A stretch of DNA of 64,000 nt from assembly GCA_964612465.1 (NCBI GenBank), contig CAZTDF010000001.1, positions 2,660 to 66,659 on the forward strand. Reading direction: 5' to 3'. A program made the position numbers and the translations under genes. The DNA comes from an uncultured Pirellulales bacterium. Lineage in GTDB: Bacteria > Planctomycetota > Phycisphaerae > Sedimentisphaerales > Anaerobacaceae. Position 1 is the first letter of the stretch, and each line of letters starts with the position of its first letter. Shown one piece after another: positions 1-11,026 of this stretch. The notes below the pieces were generated by a model. That model was not told the origin of the DNA. It worked only from the letters and a program-made list of their open reading frames with translations, and ran no database searches.

Positions 1-1185
1 GGATTTGCCCTGTCTGTCAAGAACAAGGTGGCCTTTCCCTTGCGTACGATTTTGAACCTCCTGGGTGCCTTGCGCGAGGGGGATTATTCCATGCGTCTCC
101 GAGGTGCCCGCCGGGACGATGCGATGGGTGAGCTGGCCTGGGAAGTTAATCGTTTAGTCCAGTTCTTACAGCGACAGAGGTTCGACAAAGTCGAATCGAC
201 AGCTCTGCTGAGAAAGATTCTTGCCGAGATCGACGTGGCCCTTTTCGGATTTGATTCAAGGGGCATCTTGCGGTGGATCAATGACAGCGGACGACGATTG
301 CTCAAGCTGAACAATGAGAAGATCATAGGTTGTCACGCCAAGAAATTCGGGCTCGATCTTTGCCTGAGAGGAGCATCACCGCGTATTGTTGATCTTTCAC
401 TTCCGGGAGGCGTGGGACGGTGGGAGCTGCGTCGCGCGACCTACCGGGAGAAAGGTCTGTCACATCAATTGGTTTTTCTGTCCGATATGACCCGTACCCT
501 CCACGAAGAGCAACGCCAGGCATGGAGACGCCTGATTCAAATTCTGCGTCACGAGATTAACAACAGCCTGACGCCCATACAATCCGTGGCTCAGAGTCTG
601 CAAACGCGTCTGAAGCAAAAACCCCGCTCTCAAAACTGGGAGGATGATGTGCGTGAGGGCTTGAAGATCATCGCCGAACGATCCGAGGTATTAGGAGGTT
701 TCATTGCTTCCTATTCCAGATTGACGCGCCTGCCTGATCCGACTTTTGCTGAGATGAACGTTGAGACATGGATACGGCATGTCATCGGTTTGGAGACCCG
801 CTTGTTAGTGGAGATTACGCACGGCCCTGAGCTGTCGATTCAAGCCGACCGCAGCCAGCTCGACCAACTTCTCATCAATATCGTATCCAACGCCGTGGAG
901 GCCAGCCAGGAAACCAAGCGGCAGGCGGACGAACACGTGACGATTACTTGGGGGATCGCCGGATCATTTCTTGAGGTTTGTATCGATGACGATGGCCCCG
1001 GACTCGATACGACTAAGGACCCTTTTGTGCCGTTTTTTACAACGAAATCCCAAGGTTCCGGCATTGGTTTAGCCCTAAGCCGCCAGATTGCCGAGGCTCA
1101 TGGGGGCTATCTGTTGCTCACCAATCATCCGGATCGGCCTGGTTGCCGGGCGCTATTGAGACTGCCCATTGATCGCCGCCCATAG
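1..1185 (+). CDS. Sensor histidine kinase (HAMP-PAS-HisKA-HATPase_c), 5' end cut by the window edge
   Basis: Frame 1 is open from nt 1, with no stop before the GTG at 28. HAMP-like AFPLRTILNLLGALREGDYSMRL; H-box ILRHEINNSLTPIQS; N-box LLINIVSNAVEA; G1 DDDGPGL; G2 GSGIGLALS. Confidence 0.85.
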   Translation, partial: GFALSVKNKVAFPLRTILNLLGALREGDYSMRLRGARRDDAMGELAWEVNRLVQFLQRQRFDKVESTALLRKILAEIDVALFGFDSRGILRWINDSGRRLLKLNNEKIIGCHAKKFGLDLCLRGASPRIVDLSLPGGVGRWELRRATYREKGLSHQLVFLSDMTRTLHEEQRQAWRRLIQILRHEINNSLTPIQSVAQSLQTRLKQKPRSQNWEDDVREGLKIIAERSEVLGGFIASYSRLTRLPDPTFAEMNVETWIRHVIGLETRLLVEITHGPELSIQADRSQLDQLLINIVSNAVEASQETKRQADEHVTITWGIAGSFLEVCIDDDGPGLDTTKDPFVPFFTTKSQGSGIGLALSRQIAEAHGGYLLLTNHPDRPGCRALLRLPIDRRP

Positions 1186-1337
1186 CACGTTCCCTAATTG
1201 GTGAATCCAAAAGAATCTGTCCGATATCGAGCGCGTTTTTTCTAAAATCGGACACTTCATCAAGCATGCGTGGTTGCAAATGCACTTTTTTGACGCCAAG
1301 ATAGCCGATTCTGCAATAAATCGTTCTGGCACGCGAC

Positions 1338-2618
1338 TTGTATATAAGACTCGACATGGATATACCAAGAAAATCTCGAAAAGTCAGGCGTATCGTAATC
1401 CGCATTATTGTTGTGATAATCACGGTCGCAGTCATTACTGTGATTACTCTGGGTCTGTCGCGATTAGAGCCGGCGGCACCATCTGTCGAGCGTCAAACAC
1501 TTCTGATTGACGGTGTTAAGCGAGGTGATATTATCCTTGAAGTCCGTGGTGTCGGCACGCTCATATCGGAAGATATGCTCGTCGTGCCCTCACGAGTTAG
1601 CGGTCGTGCATTGCGCATTTTGATTCAGGCCGGAGCTCCTGTCGAGCCTAATACTGTTATCTTTGAGCTTGGCAATCCCCAGTTGGAATTGAATTGGAAG
1701 GATGCTCAGACCCAACTCAACTCGGCTCAGGCGCAATTTGAGGCTTCAAAGGCCCAACTCCTGAATCAGGAATATACATACAAAGCTGGTATTGCAGCAA
1801 CCGAAGCTCTCGTTAGTAATGCCAGACTCACGTTTGAAGTGGACAAAAAGCAACATGAGGATGGCTTAATTTCCGACCTTCGACTGAAGTTATCAAAAAG
1901 TAACGTTGATCTACTGGAAAACCAGTTAGATGTCGAGAAGAAACAATTTGACGTATGGCTTAACCAGACCAAACCGGCACAGTTGGTGCTGGACAAAGCT
2001 TCGCTCGAGCGGGCGCGGTCTCAGTATAATCTCGCAGAAGAAGACTACATGTCATTGAAGGTGCGTGCAGGAGCAACTGGTGTTCTCGCTCCGATTCAGG
2101 TTCCCATTGAACTGGGTCAGCAGATCGGAGCAGGTCAGATTGTGGCTCGGATCACAAATCCACATCAGCTCATTGCGCGTCTTCAAATCCCTCAAGGTCA
2201 GGCTCGGGATGTACGGATTGGATTGCCCGCAGAGATCGACACCTATAACGGAGTTGTATCAGGCCGTGTTTCGCGTATCGAGCCGACTGTCATGGAAGGT
2301 AATGTGACCGTAGACATATCGCTGGATGGGGAGTTACCCAAAGGATCCCGGCCGGATTTATCGGTGGTCGGGACGATAGAAATCGAACAGCTCATCGACA
2401 TATTATACGTAGGCCGCCCCGTGCTCGCCTCGGCAGACAGCAAGGTCGAGCTATTTAAGCTTATCGAAGACGACCGGTTCGCCGTGCGCGTCCCCGTACA
2501 GTTCGGCAAAACCTCGGTCAGTACTATCGAAGTGCTCAACGGTCTGGTTGTTGGCGATCAGATCATCCTCTCTGATGTATCGCAGTGGGATACGGTGGAT
2601 AAAATACGTTTGAAGTAA
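1338..2618 (+). CDS. Periplasmic adaptor (membrane fusion protein, HlyD/MacA type) of a tripartite efflux pump
   Basis: N-terminal TM helix IVIRIIVVIITVAVITVITLGL. Long coiled-coil segment (QLELNWKDAQTQLNSAQAQFEASKAQLL ... LDVEKKQFDVWL). Beta-rich C-terminal half. Lies 2 nt upstream of the ABC ATPase ORF. The start could also be the ATG at 1356. Confidence 0.75.
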   Translation: MYIRLDMDIPRKSRKVRRIVIRIIVVIITVAVITVITLGLSRLEPAAPSVERQTLLIDGVKRGDIILEVRGVGTLISEDMLVVPSRVSGRALRILIQAGAPVEPNTVIFELGNPQLELNWKDAQTQLNSAQAQFEASKAQLLNQEYTYKAGIAATEALVSNARLTFEVDKKQHEDGLISDLRLKLSKSNVDLLENQLDVEKKQFDVWLNQTKPAQLVLDKASLERARSQYNLAEEDYMSLKVRAGATGVLAPIQVPIELGQQIGAGQIVARITNPHQLIARLQIPQGQARDVRIGLPAEIDTYNGVVSGRVSRIEPTVMEGNVTVDISLDGELPKGSRPDLSVVGTIEIEQLIDILYVGRPVLASADSKVELFKLIEDDRFAVRVPVQFGKTSVSTIEVLNGLVVGDQIILSDVSQWDTVDKIRLK

Positions 2619-2698
2619 TTGTGTGTTCACAGTTATTAGTCCACAGAAAAAAGAAAGTTATGATTACAAACAGTAATCTGGAATCCGGAGAACAAATA

Positions 2699-3412
2699 AT
2701 GAAAGACTCTAATGATGCACTTATCAAGATTGAAGATCTCCACAAGGTTTTTGTCACGGAAGAAGTGGAAACCCATGCCCTTTCTGGGGTGTACCTGAAG
2801 ATCCAAAAAGGTGAGTACGTTTCTATCGCCGGGCCCTCTGGCTGCGGCAAGTCCACGCTGCTGTCAATCATGGGCCTGCTGGATTCACCCACAAAGGGGG
2901 ACTACTGGCTCAACGGCTCTCCAGCGGCAGAGCTGTCGGCCTCGCAGCGAGCGCGTATCCGGAACAGAGAGGTGGGATTCATTTTTCAGAGCTTTAACCT
3001 TATCGGAGACCTGACCGTGCACGAGAACGTGGAGCTGCCCTTGACCTATCGGCGTATGCCCAAGGCCGAACGACAGCAGCGTGTACATACTGCCCTGGAA
3101 CGTGTTGCCATGGCCCACCGTATGAAGCACTACCCCAGTCAGCTTTCCGGGGGTCAACAGCAGCGTGTGGCTGTTGCACGCGCCTTGGCCGGCACCCCGG
3201 CGATTCTGCTGGCCGATGAGCCGACAGGGAATCTCGACTCGGCTAATGGCAAGGCTGTGATGGATCTGTTGGCGGAGCTTCACAGCGAGGGCGCCACAAT
3301 CTGCATGGTTACCCATGATGAACGCTACGCCCACTACGCCCATCGGGCGGTGCATTTGTTTGACGGCCGAATCGTAGATGAAGAGCAAGCGTCAAAAGAG
3401 CAGATAACATAA
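2699..3412 (+). CDS. ABC transporter ATP-binding protein, MacB/LolD type (ATPase 1)
   Basis: Walker A GPSGCGKST, signature LSGGQQQRV, Walker [14 protein letters not shown]-loop MVTHD. Start chosen at ATG 2699, which has GGAG 8 nt upstream. The ORF is open from 2621, and ATG 2660 is also possible. Confidence 0.85.
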   Translation: MKDSNDALIKIEDLHKVFVTEEVETHALSGVYLKIQKGEYVSIAGPSGCGKSTLLSIMGLLDSPTKGDYWLNGSPAAELSASQRARIRNREVGFIFQSFNLIGDLTVHENVELPLTYRRMPKAERQQRVHTALERVAMAHRMKHYPSQLSGGQQQRVAVARALAGTPAILLADEPTGNLDSANGKAVMDLLAELHSEGATICMVTHDERYAHYAHRAVHLFDGRIVDEEQASKEQIT

Positions 3413-3500
3413 AAGTAGATCACAGTTGGATGAAGAGACCCGAAAATTCTGTTGTGATTAGTGATCTTCAATCGGTGAGTTATAAACACGAAGAAATACC

Positions 3501-6029
3501 ATGACGACCTTAATCAACGACTTAAAATATGCGTTTCGTATGCTGGCTAAGCGTCCCGGTTTCACGGCCATTGCCCTGATCACATTGGCGATCGGCATCG
3601 GGGCCAACACGATTATGTTCAGTGTGGTCAATACTCTGCTGTTTCGACCGCTGCACGTCAAAGACCCCGACCGATTGGTGCGCTGTGAGTTTGATAAGTT
3701 CCGTCTCGTCATTTATGCGGGCTATGTCGACCTGCGTGACAATAATCCGGTGTTCAGTGATCTCATCTCCCACAATTATGCCAGAAGAACCTGTACCCTG
3801 GTAAGAGACGGCAGTGCAAGGCATGTGGATCCGCTGTACGTCACGGCCAACTACTTCGACGTCCTGGGGGGTGCACCCCTCTATGGGCGGACTTTCTTGC
3901 CTGAGGAGGAAGTCGCCGGTAGCGAGCCGGTGGTGGTCCTGAGCTACCGAACTTGGCAGCGCCTGGGGGCTGAGCCCGAGATCGTGGGCCAATATGTGCG
4001 TCTCACTGGTAAGCTTTTTAGAATCATTGGCGTTGTACCAAAGACGTTCACAGGCGCATCCGTCATCGGCCCCGACCTCTGGTTGCCTCTGGGCACGTAC
4101 GGTCTTGTGGGCAGATACTATAAAGAGAAGCCGGAGAAGCCGGATGACCGATGGCACTATGCGCCATCGGTCTTAGTGGGACGACTCAAACCTGGCGTGA
4201 GCATATCGGAGGCGCAAGCATGGCTACAATCTATGCTCCCACGCCTGAAGCAGATTGATCCCTGGATGTTTAAAGAGAAGGTCTCGTTTCGCCTCCGCCC
4301 GTTGCCCAGACTCAGCGCCGGTGCTGGCGACAATGACAGGCCCACATTGGGTCGTATCAGCCTGGGTTTGATGGGAATCTCCGGGATCATCCTGCTCATT
4401 GCCTGCCTGAACCTGGCGAGTATGATTGTCGTTCAAGGAGAGGGGCGCCATCGAGAGATCGCCATCCGTGCGGCCATCGGGGGGGGGCGTCTGAGGATCA
4501 TGCGGCAGTTACTTATCGAATCGCTTCTCTTGGCCGTATTCGGAGGTATCCTGGCTGTGGCCGTAGCCCTCTGGGGCATCAGGATTCTCAAGCTGTGGGC
4601 GGCGATGGGTCAGCTTCCCATGCAGTTGGGGGAGGCCATCGCCTCTGGAATCACGCTTGATGTGCGCGTCTTGGGAGCCACATTGAGTTTCTGCCTGATT
4701 GCCACCGTACTCTTCGGCCTGAAACCGGCCCTGCGCCTATCAGGACGCGATCTCTGTGGTGACCTGAAAGAATCCGGTCGAGGTGTACTTCAAGCCACGC
4801 GAACAAGGCGATGGTTCGTACCACGCGGCCTGTCGGTGCTCTGTCAAATGGCCCTGTCTGTTGCGCTCGTCATGTGCGCGACACTCTTGGCTCGAACCGC
4901 GCTGAGGGCCACCCGGACCGAACCAAGTTTTGGCCTGGACGGTAAGCTGATCGTCAGCCTGGAGGCATTCGCAGGAGGGTACAACATTGTTCAAGCAAAG
5001 CAAGCCTGCGAGACCTTGGCCGAGCGATTGCAGGATGTCCCCGAGATTCAGGCAGTTGGCCTGTCTTATAAATCGCCTGTGGACCTGGGGTGGTGGCCTT
5101 GGAGTAAGGAAAGAGTCATCGAGTATGCGCCGGGCCGCGCAGACGAAACGTCAGGCAGCCTATTGACGAAGGCACTTCACGAGTACGAGGTGAACGGCGA
5201 TTACTTCAAGGCGATGGGAATTCGGCTCTTACAAGGCCGGCCCTTTCGCCATCTCGACAGTGCCCCCGATGCAGAGGAAGTCGTGATCATCGATGAGCTT
5301 CTGGCCCGCAAACTCCGGCCGGATGGCAGTGCCCTTGGTTGTCTCATCCAGTATGGCGATGACGGGTTATCGTCGCCCCGCCGAGTGGTCGGAATCGTAC
5401 CGAACCTACAGAGCGTTTGGGGCAATGGGGAAGTTCAACCCCATGTCTATAGCCCACTCAAAGCCCACCATGTACCTGAATCCATCCATCTGCACGCCAG
5501 AAGTACGGCATCGGGAGCCGAGGCCGCCCTCGTGCGAAGCATCGGCGCGCGCATTCGAAAGATCGATCCTCGTCTACCGGTCCTCTCGGTAGCGTCTCTG
5601 GCGGACCAACATCGCAATCATCCCACCGTATTGTTCACGAGAGTCGTTGCCCGACTTGCAGTGATGTTTGGGGCCATGGCCCTGTTCCTGGCCGGTATGG
5701 GCCTTTATGCTGTCAAGAGCCATAGGGTCGCCTCGCGCACCCCTGAGATTGGCATCCGCATGTCGTTGGGCGCCACTCGGCGGGACGTCCTGACCCTGGT
5801 ACTGCGTCAGGGCTCAATATCGACGTTCGTAGGGCTGCTGGTCGGCACGCTACTGGCGATCGTCATGACGCGGGTGATTCGCAGCGTGCTCCACGGCATC
5901 AGTACCATTGATCTTGTGAGCATCGTTGTCACCGTGGCTATGCTCACAGCTACTTCACTGCTGGCCAGTTGCCTCCCGGCGCGTCGGGCTGCGAAGATCG
6001 ATCCGATGGAAGCATTGCGGTATGAATGA
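3501..6029 (+). CDS. Duplicated FtsX/MacB-type ABC permease, ADOP-like paralog 1 (subgroup A)
   Basis: N-term [41 protein letters not shown]. Two FtsX modules ([27 protein letters not shown]; [15 protein letters not shown]), each after a large periplasmic domain. C-term [23 protein letters not shown]-like RBS region before the ATG. Confidence 0.9.
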   Translation: MTTLINDLKYAFRMLAKRPGFTAIALITLAIGIGANTIMFSVVNTLLFRPLHVKDPDRLVRCEFDKFRLVIYAGYVDLRDNNPVFSDLISHNYARRTCTLVRDGSARHVDPLYVTANYFDVLGGAPLYGRTFLPEEEVAGSEPVVVLSYRTWQRLGAEPEIVGQYVRLTGKLFRIIGVVPKTFTGASVIGPDLWLPLGTYGLVGRYYKEKPEKPDDRWHYAPSVLVGRLKPGVSISEAQAWLQSMLPRLKQIDPWMFKEKVSFRLRPLPRLSAGAGDNDRPTLGRISLGLMGISGIILLIACLNLASMIVVQGEGRHREIAIRAAIGGGRLRIMRQLLIESLLLAVFGGILAVAVALWGIRILKLWAAMGQLPMQLGEAIASGITLDVRVLGATLSFCLIATVLFGLKPALRLSGRDLCGDLKESGRGVLQATRTRRWFVPRGLSVLCQMALSVALVMCATLLARTALRATRTEPSFGLDGKLIVSLEAFAGGYNIVQAKQACETLAERLQDVPEIQAVGLSYKSPVDLGWWPWSKERVIEYAPGRADETSGSLLTKALHEYEVNGDYFKAMGIRLLQGRPFRHLDSAPDAEEVVIIDELLARKLRPDGSALGCLIQYGDDGLSSPRRVVGIVPNLQSVWGNGEVQPHVYSPLKAHHVPESIHLHARSTASGAEAALVRSIGARIRKIDPRLPVLSVASLADQHRNHPTVLFTRVVARLAVMFGAMALFLAGMGLYAVKSHRVASRTPEIGIRMSLGATRRDVLTLVLRQGSISTFVGLLVGTLLAIVMTRVIRSVLHGISTIDLVSIVVTVAMLTATSLLASCLPARRAAKIDPMEALRYE

Positions 6030-6067
6030 TGAGTAATGATTGTTGAATAAAAACCAAAGGGAATACC

Positions 6068-8536
6068 ATGACAGCCCTTATCAATGACATCAAATATGCC
6101 CTTCGAATGTTAACCAAGAAACCCGGCTTCACGGCCATTGCCCTGATCACCCTGGCGATTGGTATTGGGGCCAATACCATCATGTTCAGCATCTCCGATC
6201 TGTTGTTGCTGGCTCATCCGGGAAAAGTGAAAGCACCTGAGCAGTTGGTGTATTGCGGATTTCAAGACCCGGAAGCACTTGGGTTTCGTTACTCCGAGTA
6301 TCTCACTATCCGTGACAGCGGTCTGGTCTTTAGCGATCTCTTAGCTCAAAGTTTTTGTCCACCTGGGGGAACACTGGTTCATAGAGGATCGGTCCAGCAA
6401 GTTGAGGGATCATATGTTTCAGCGAACTACTTTTCCGTTCTGGGAGTGACGCCGATCCGAGGACGCGGTTTTATGCCGGAGGAAGAGCAGGGTGGCGCTC
6501 GTGTCGTGGTGTTAAGCTGGCTCTGCTGGCAGCGTTTGGGGAGCAATCCTGAGCTTGTTGGGCAATTTGTGAGAGTTGATGGTATTCGTTGTGAGGTCGT
6601 CGGTATCATGCCAAAAGGATTTACCGGTGTCACGTTCAACGGCCCTGACCTATGGCTACCGCTGGGAAGCTACCGGTCTGTCTCTAAAGTGGCTCGACAG
6701 TGGCCGAGACACCAACTGTGGTTTGACCTCGTCGGTCGACTCAAAACTGATTTGACGCTGCCGGTCGCCCAGGGACAGCTCCAGTCGTTGTTTTCGGATT
6801 TCAAACCTGAAGGCCTTGAGCAAGACAGCCGGCCGCCTTTTTTCAAGCTCCGCAAGCCAAGCCGGTTCTGGTTGTTCCTTGAGTATGATGAAGAGGACTA
6901 TTTACGCAAGCCCTTGTTCAATGCCATACTCTTAGCAACGTCCGCTATTATACTGGTAATCGCCTGCCTGAATCTGGCGAATATGTTGATTGTGCAAGGG
7001 GCAGCGCGTCAGCATGAGATAGCTGTACGCCTGGCCCTTGGCGGGGGACGCTGGCGCATCATTCGGCAGTTGTTCACTGAATCGTTGCTCTTGGCCCTGC
7101 TGGGCGGCATGTTAGGTGTGCTATTGGCTTTTGGAAGTATGAAAATCCTTAATACCTGGATAACAACCACTCCGGATTATTACGCAAGAGGTCTGCAGGC
7201 AGGTTTGAATAGTCGTGTCCTGGCGGTCACACTGGGCCTGTGCCTGATCGCCACGCTGCTCTTCGGATTGAGACCTGCGTTATGGTTGTCAAAGCGTGAC
7301 CTTGCCGGCGAGATGAAGGCTTGTGCCGGTAGTGTCCTGGGATCCCTGCGGAGAAAGCGAGATGCACTCGCTGTGATGGGGCAGATCGCCCTGGCTGTGA
7401 CGCTTGTGCTCAGTGCGGTGCTACTGACGCGAAGTGCCCTGCAAATCGCACAGACGGATCCGCGTTTTCCTTTAGATGATAAGTTGATTGTGAAAATCGA
7501 TCCGCTGGCGGCCGGGTACGACCCGGCCCGTAGTGTTCAGGTATGCGAGACTTTGACAGATCATCTGGCATCCCTGCCGGAGGTAAAAGCATTGGGGGCA
7601 TCAATCCGATTGTTCTACGGGGGTGGCGGGCCGATATCGATTAGCGAGAGTTTTCAGAGCGGATGGTGGAGGCCTTTCACCCGGAAAGCTATGCTGGTCA
7701 CGGTCAGTCGGGATTATTTTACGGCCATGGAGATCCCGCTTTTACAGGGGCGATTCTTTACCCCGATGGACCGAGTCCCGAATGCGGAAAAAGTCACGAT
7801 TATCGATGACAGCCTGGCGCGCCGGCTCCGGCCGGACGGTAATGTGCTCGGCTGTTCTATCCGATGGGGTATGTACAGCGAACATTCAGCGCCTTATCGT
7901 GTCGTGGGCATTGTCGCCAACCTGCCGGGCGTAGGAGATCGAGAGGTCTATCCCCAGATATATACATCTGCGGGATCGGAAGAGCTGTCTCCCTGTCTTT
8001 ACGTACATGTCGCCAACAGGGGATCGGTGGATGCCCTGCGGCGGCGCATAGTGGAGGAGATTCGCAGTATTGATGCACGCGTTCCGGTCCTACCGGTGGT
8101 GACTTTGGCCCGGAGACGCGATGGGGATGCAGCCGTATGGCGAGCGAGATTCTGCGCCCGCTTGGGATTGGTAGCTGGGGCTGCAGCGTTGTTTCTATCA
8201 GCACTGGGCATCTTTGCGATCAAGGGCTACATGGTCGCCTCACGCACCTCCGAGATTGGCATTCGCATGGCACTGGGGGCCACGCACGGAAGTATTATGG
8301 GAATGGTCCTGCGGGAGGGCGGCATTGTGACGGTGGTGGGATTGTTGGTTGGGATGGGGCTGGGCCTTGGTGTGGCCAAAGTGTCAGTTCATCTGCTTTA
8401 CGGTGTCAGTCCGATCGACCCGGTCAGCATAGTTGTCACTGTGGCACTACTCGGAAGCGTTTCGCTGTTGGCCAGCTACGTTCCTGCCCGTCGGGCAGCA
8501 AAGATCGATCCGATGGAGGCGTTAAGATACGAATGA
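6068..8536 (+). CDS. Duplicated FtsX/MacB-type ABC permease, ADOP-like paralog 2 (subgroup A)
   Basis: N-term [41 protein letters not shown]. Modules HEIAVRLALGGGRWRIIRQLFTESLLL and EIGIRMALGATHGSI. C-term [17 protein letters not shown]. Confidence 0.9.
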   Translation: MTALINDIKYALRMLTKKPGFTAIALITLAIGIGANTIMFSISDLLLLAHPGKVKAPEQLVYCGFQDPEALGFRYSEYLTIRDSGLVFSDLLAQSFCPPGGTLVHRGSVQQVEGSYVSANYFSVLGVTPIRGRGFMPEEEQGGARVVVLSWLCWQRLGSNPELVGQFVRVDGIRCEVVGIMPKGFTGVTFNGPDLWLPLGSYRSVSKVARQWPRHQLWFDLVGRLKTDLTLPVAQGQLQSLFSDFKPEGLEQDSRPPFFKLRKPSRFWLFLEYDEEDYLRKPLFNAILLATSAIILVIACLNLANMLIVQGAARQHEIAVRLALGGGRWRIIRQLFTESLLLALLGGMLGVLLAFGSMKILNTWITTTPDYYARGLQAGLNSRVLAVTLGLCLIATLLFGLRPALWLSKRDLAGEMKACAGSVLGSLRRKRDALAVMGQIALAVTLVLSAVLLTRSALQIAQTDPRFPLDDKLIVKIDPLAAGYDPARSVQVCETLTDHLASLPEVKALGASIRLFYGGGGPISISESFQSGWWRPFTRKAMLVTVSRDYFTAMEIPLLQGRFFTPMDRVPNAEKVTIIDDSLARRLRPDGNVLGCSIRWGMYSEHSAPYRVVGIVANLPGVGDREVYPQIYTSAGSEELSPCLYVHVANRGSVDALRRRIVEEIRSIDARVPVLPVVTLARRRDGDAAVWRARFCARLGLVAGAAALFLSALGIFAIKGYMVASRTSEIGIRMALGATHGSIMGMVLREGGIVTVVGLLVGMGLGLGVAKVSVHLLYGVSPIDPVSIVVTVALLGSVSLLASYVPARRAAKIDPMEALRYE

Positions 8537-8566
8537 AAATCAATAATTGATGAGTTAAGGACGGCA

Positions 8567-10984
8567 ATGAAGACTTTATGGCAAGATATTCGTTACGGCG
8601 TTCGGATGTTAACCAAACGGCCCGGATTTACTGTTACAGCGGCCCTTGTATTGGCCCTGGGGATAGGTGCTAACACCGCCCTGTTTAGCGTGGTTCACAG
8701 TGTTTTGTTAAGTCCGCTGCCGTTTAAGGATGCCGAACGCATCGTTCTGGTGCAGACGCTCTGGCGTTCCTCTGGTGGAAGGGGAAGCGTTTCCGGGCCG
8801 GACTATATCGACTGGGACGAGCGCAACAGAGTAATGGAAGGATTGAGTGCCTTCGACACCTGCCGGTTAAGTCTTACCGGAGCAGGCGAGCCATTGGCCT
8901 TACAGGGTTTTCGTACAACAGTCAATTTTTTCGATGTTTTAAGGCCTAAACAAATGGCTCTGGGGCGCAGTTTCCGTCCGGATGAATCACAAACGGGGAA
9001 CCACTACGTCACAGTATTGAGTCATAATCTCTGGCGTGACCGCTTTGATTCGGATCCGAATATCATCGGTAAGCCGATCACCCTGGATAGCGCTCCCTAT
9101 ACAGTTGTCGGCGTAGCAGGACCCGCGATGGGCTTTATTGAAGAGATGGTTCGCATCTATGTCCCCCTACAGCGGGAGGAATTGATCAAGGGACACCGCG
9201 GCAGCCATTACCTCAACGTGTTAGGACGTATCAAACCTGATGTCTCGTTTGCCCAGGCCCAGGCCCAGATGGACCAGGTCGCTATGCAGGTTGAAAGAGA
9301 GAATCCTAACTCGAATGTCAATAAGGGAGTGCGCATCGAACCTCTTCACGAGATGTTAATCGACAGTGTACGCACGGCCTTTCTCGTTTTGTATGGAGCT
9401 GTAACGGTCCTGCTTCTGGTTGCCTGTGTGAATGTTTCCAATTTGCTTGTTGCAAAAGCATCGGCACGCAGTCGGGAGATTGCCATACGTCAGGCTTTAG
9501 GTGCAGGCCGGGTGCGGCTAATGCGGCAATTGCTAACCGAAAGCATCTTACTTGGTATACTCGGCGGCATCCTCGGACTCATCTTGGCCTTCTGGAGTCT
9601 GGATATGCTTCAATTGATAGCCCCTAAGATTCAACAAACCGGCGGCGGCGGAATCCCCGGATTTGAGGAAATCCGAGTGAGCCTGCCTGTGCTGGGATTC
9701 ACGATTGGCTTGTCCCTTATTGCCGGATTACTCTTCGGTATGGTTCCGGCATGGCAGGGTTCACGTCACGGCCTGAGCAACACATTGAAGGAAACGGGCC
9801 AAAGTGTCTCTCGCGGCCGCACACGTCACCGCACGTTGGGTACGCTTGTCGTTGCACAAATCGCCCTTGCAATGATTCTGCTGACCGGGGCGGGTTTGCT
9901 AATTAAAAGCTTTATCAAACTACAACAGTCTAATCCCGGATTTAAAGCCGATAGGCTTCTGGCTCTGCATGTGGTGCGTCCCGACAACTCAGAAAATCGT
10001 AATCAACGACACCGCGTTGACTATTTCAATAGAGTTATTGAGAAGTTGGCTGCCATGTCGGGTGTGGAAGCTGCCGGAGCGATTGACATGCATCCCATGA
10101 ATCCATCAAACAGTAATAGCTCGTTCAGTATTGTCGGGAAAGAGGGTTCGCCGTCCGCTGAGAACCGTATGGTGTCTTGCGACTACTTTCGCTGTCTAAG
10201 CATACCCCTGATGCAGGGGCGAACCTTTACACCTCAGGATAACGATCAAAGTCAGCGTGTAGTGGTTGTTAATCGAGAACTTGTACGACGTTATCTCCCC
10301 GATCGGGATCCGATTGGACAGGTGATCAACTTTTGGGGAAGTGAAAGAACGATCGTAGGAGTAGTGGGAGACGTTAAAATCAGAACCTTGCGAAGTGACG
10401 ACTACTCGGCTTTTGTCTATATGCCCATCGCACAGCAATGTAGGTACAACATGACCTTTTTCATTTGTACTACTGGTGATCCCATCCAATGGGCCAGCGC
10501 CGCTCGAAAAGTTTTGTGGGATATTGATCAGAGTCAGCCGATTCTTTATGTGGAAACCATGGATCAACTCGTTCTGAATTCCATCTCGGTCGAACGCTTT
10601 TGTGCGATTCTCTTGACTGTAATGGCCGGCGTGGCCCTGATCATGGCTCTTGTGGGGCTCTATGGCGTGATGGCCTTTGCTGTTACGGAACGTCGTAACG
10701 AGATCGGTATCCGTATGGCTCTCGGTGCACAGGGCACAGATATTCTTCGCTTGGTTATCAAGAAGGCCTTTGTTCTGACAATCATCGGTCTGGCGATTGG
10801 TCTGGCGTGTACTTTAGCCGTCTGTCGTCTTATGACCAGCCTGCTCTACAGTATCAGCGTATACGACCCGGCGACGTTTGTGCTGATTCCTGTGTTGCTC
10901 TTCACTGTGGCTATGCTGGCTTGTTATCTCCCGGCACGCAAGGCCGCGCAGTTGGACCCCCTGGAGACGCTCCGCTATGAATGA
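8567..10984 (+). CDS. Duplicated FtsX/MacB-type ABC permease, ADOP-like paralog 3 (subgroup C)
   Basis: N-term [41 protein letters not shown]. Modules REIAIRQALGAGRVRLMRQLLTESILL and EIGIRMALGAQGTDI. C-term PARKAAQLDPLETLRYE. Confidence 0.9.
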   Translation: MKTLWQDIRYGVRMLTKRPGFTVTAALVLALGIGANTALFSVVHSVLLSPLPFKDAERIVLVQTLWRSSGGRGSVSGPDYIDWDERNRVMEGLSAFDTCRLSLTGAGEPLALQGFRTTVNFFDVLRPKQMALGRSFRPDESQTGNHYVTVLSHNLWRDRFDSDPNIIGKPITLDSAPYTVVGVAGPAMGFIEEMVRIYVPLQREELIKGHRGSHYLNVLGRIKPDVSFAQAQAQMDQVAMQVERENPNSNVNKGVRIEPLHEMLIDSVRTAFLVLYGAVTVLLLVACVNVSNLLVAKASARSREIAIRQALGAGRVRLMRQLLTESILLGILGGILGLILAFWSLDMLQLIAPKIQQTGGGGIPGFEEIRVSLPVLGFTIGLSLIAGLLFGMVPAWQGSRHGLSNTLKETGQSVSRGRTRHRTLGTLVVAQIALAMILLTGAGLLIKSFIKLQQSNPGFKADRLLALHVVRPDNSENRNQRHRVDYFNRVIEKLAAMSGVEAAGAIDMHPMNPSNSNSSFSIVGKEGSPSAENRMVSCDYFRCLSIPLMQGRTFTPQDNDQSQRVVVVNRELVRRYLPDRDPIGQVINFWGSERTIVGVVGDVKIRTLRSDDYSAFVYMPIAQQCRYNMTFFICTTGDPIQWASAARKVLWDIDQSQPILYVETMDQLVLNSISVERFCAILLTVMAGVALIMALVGLYGVMAFAVTERRNEIGIRMALGAQGTDILRLVIKKAFVLTIIGLAIGLACTLAVCRLMTSLLYSISVYDPATFVLIPVLLFTVAMLACYLPARKAAQLDPLETLRYE

Positions 10985-11026
10985 TTATCAAAGAATATGG
11001 AACACATAAGATCGAAGGAATGATAA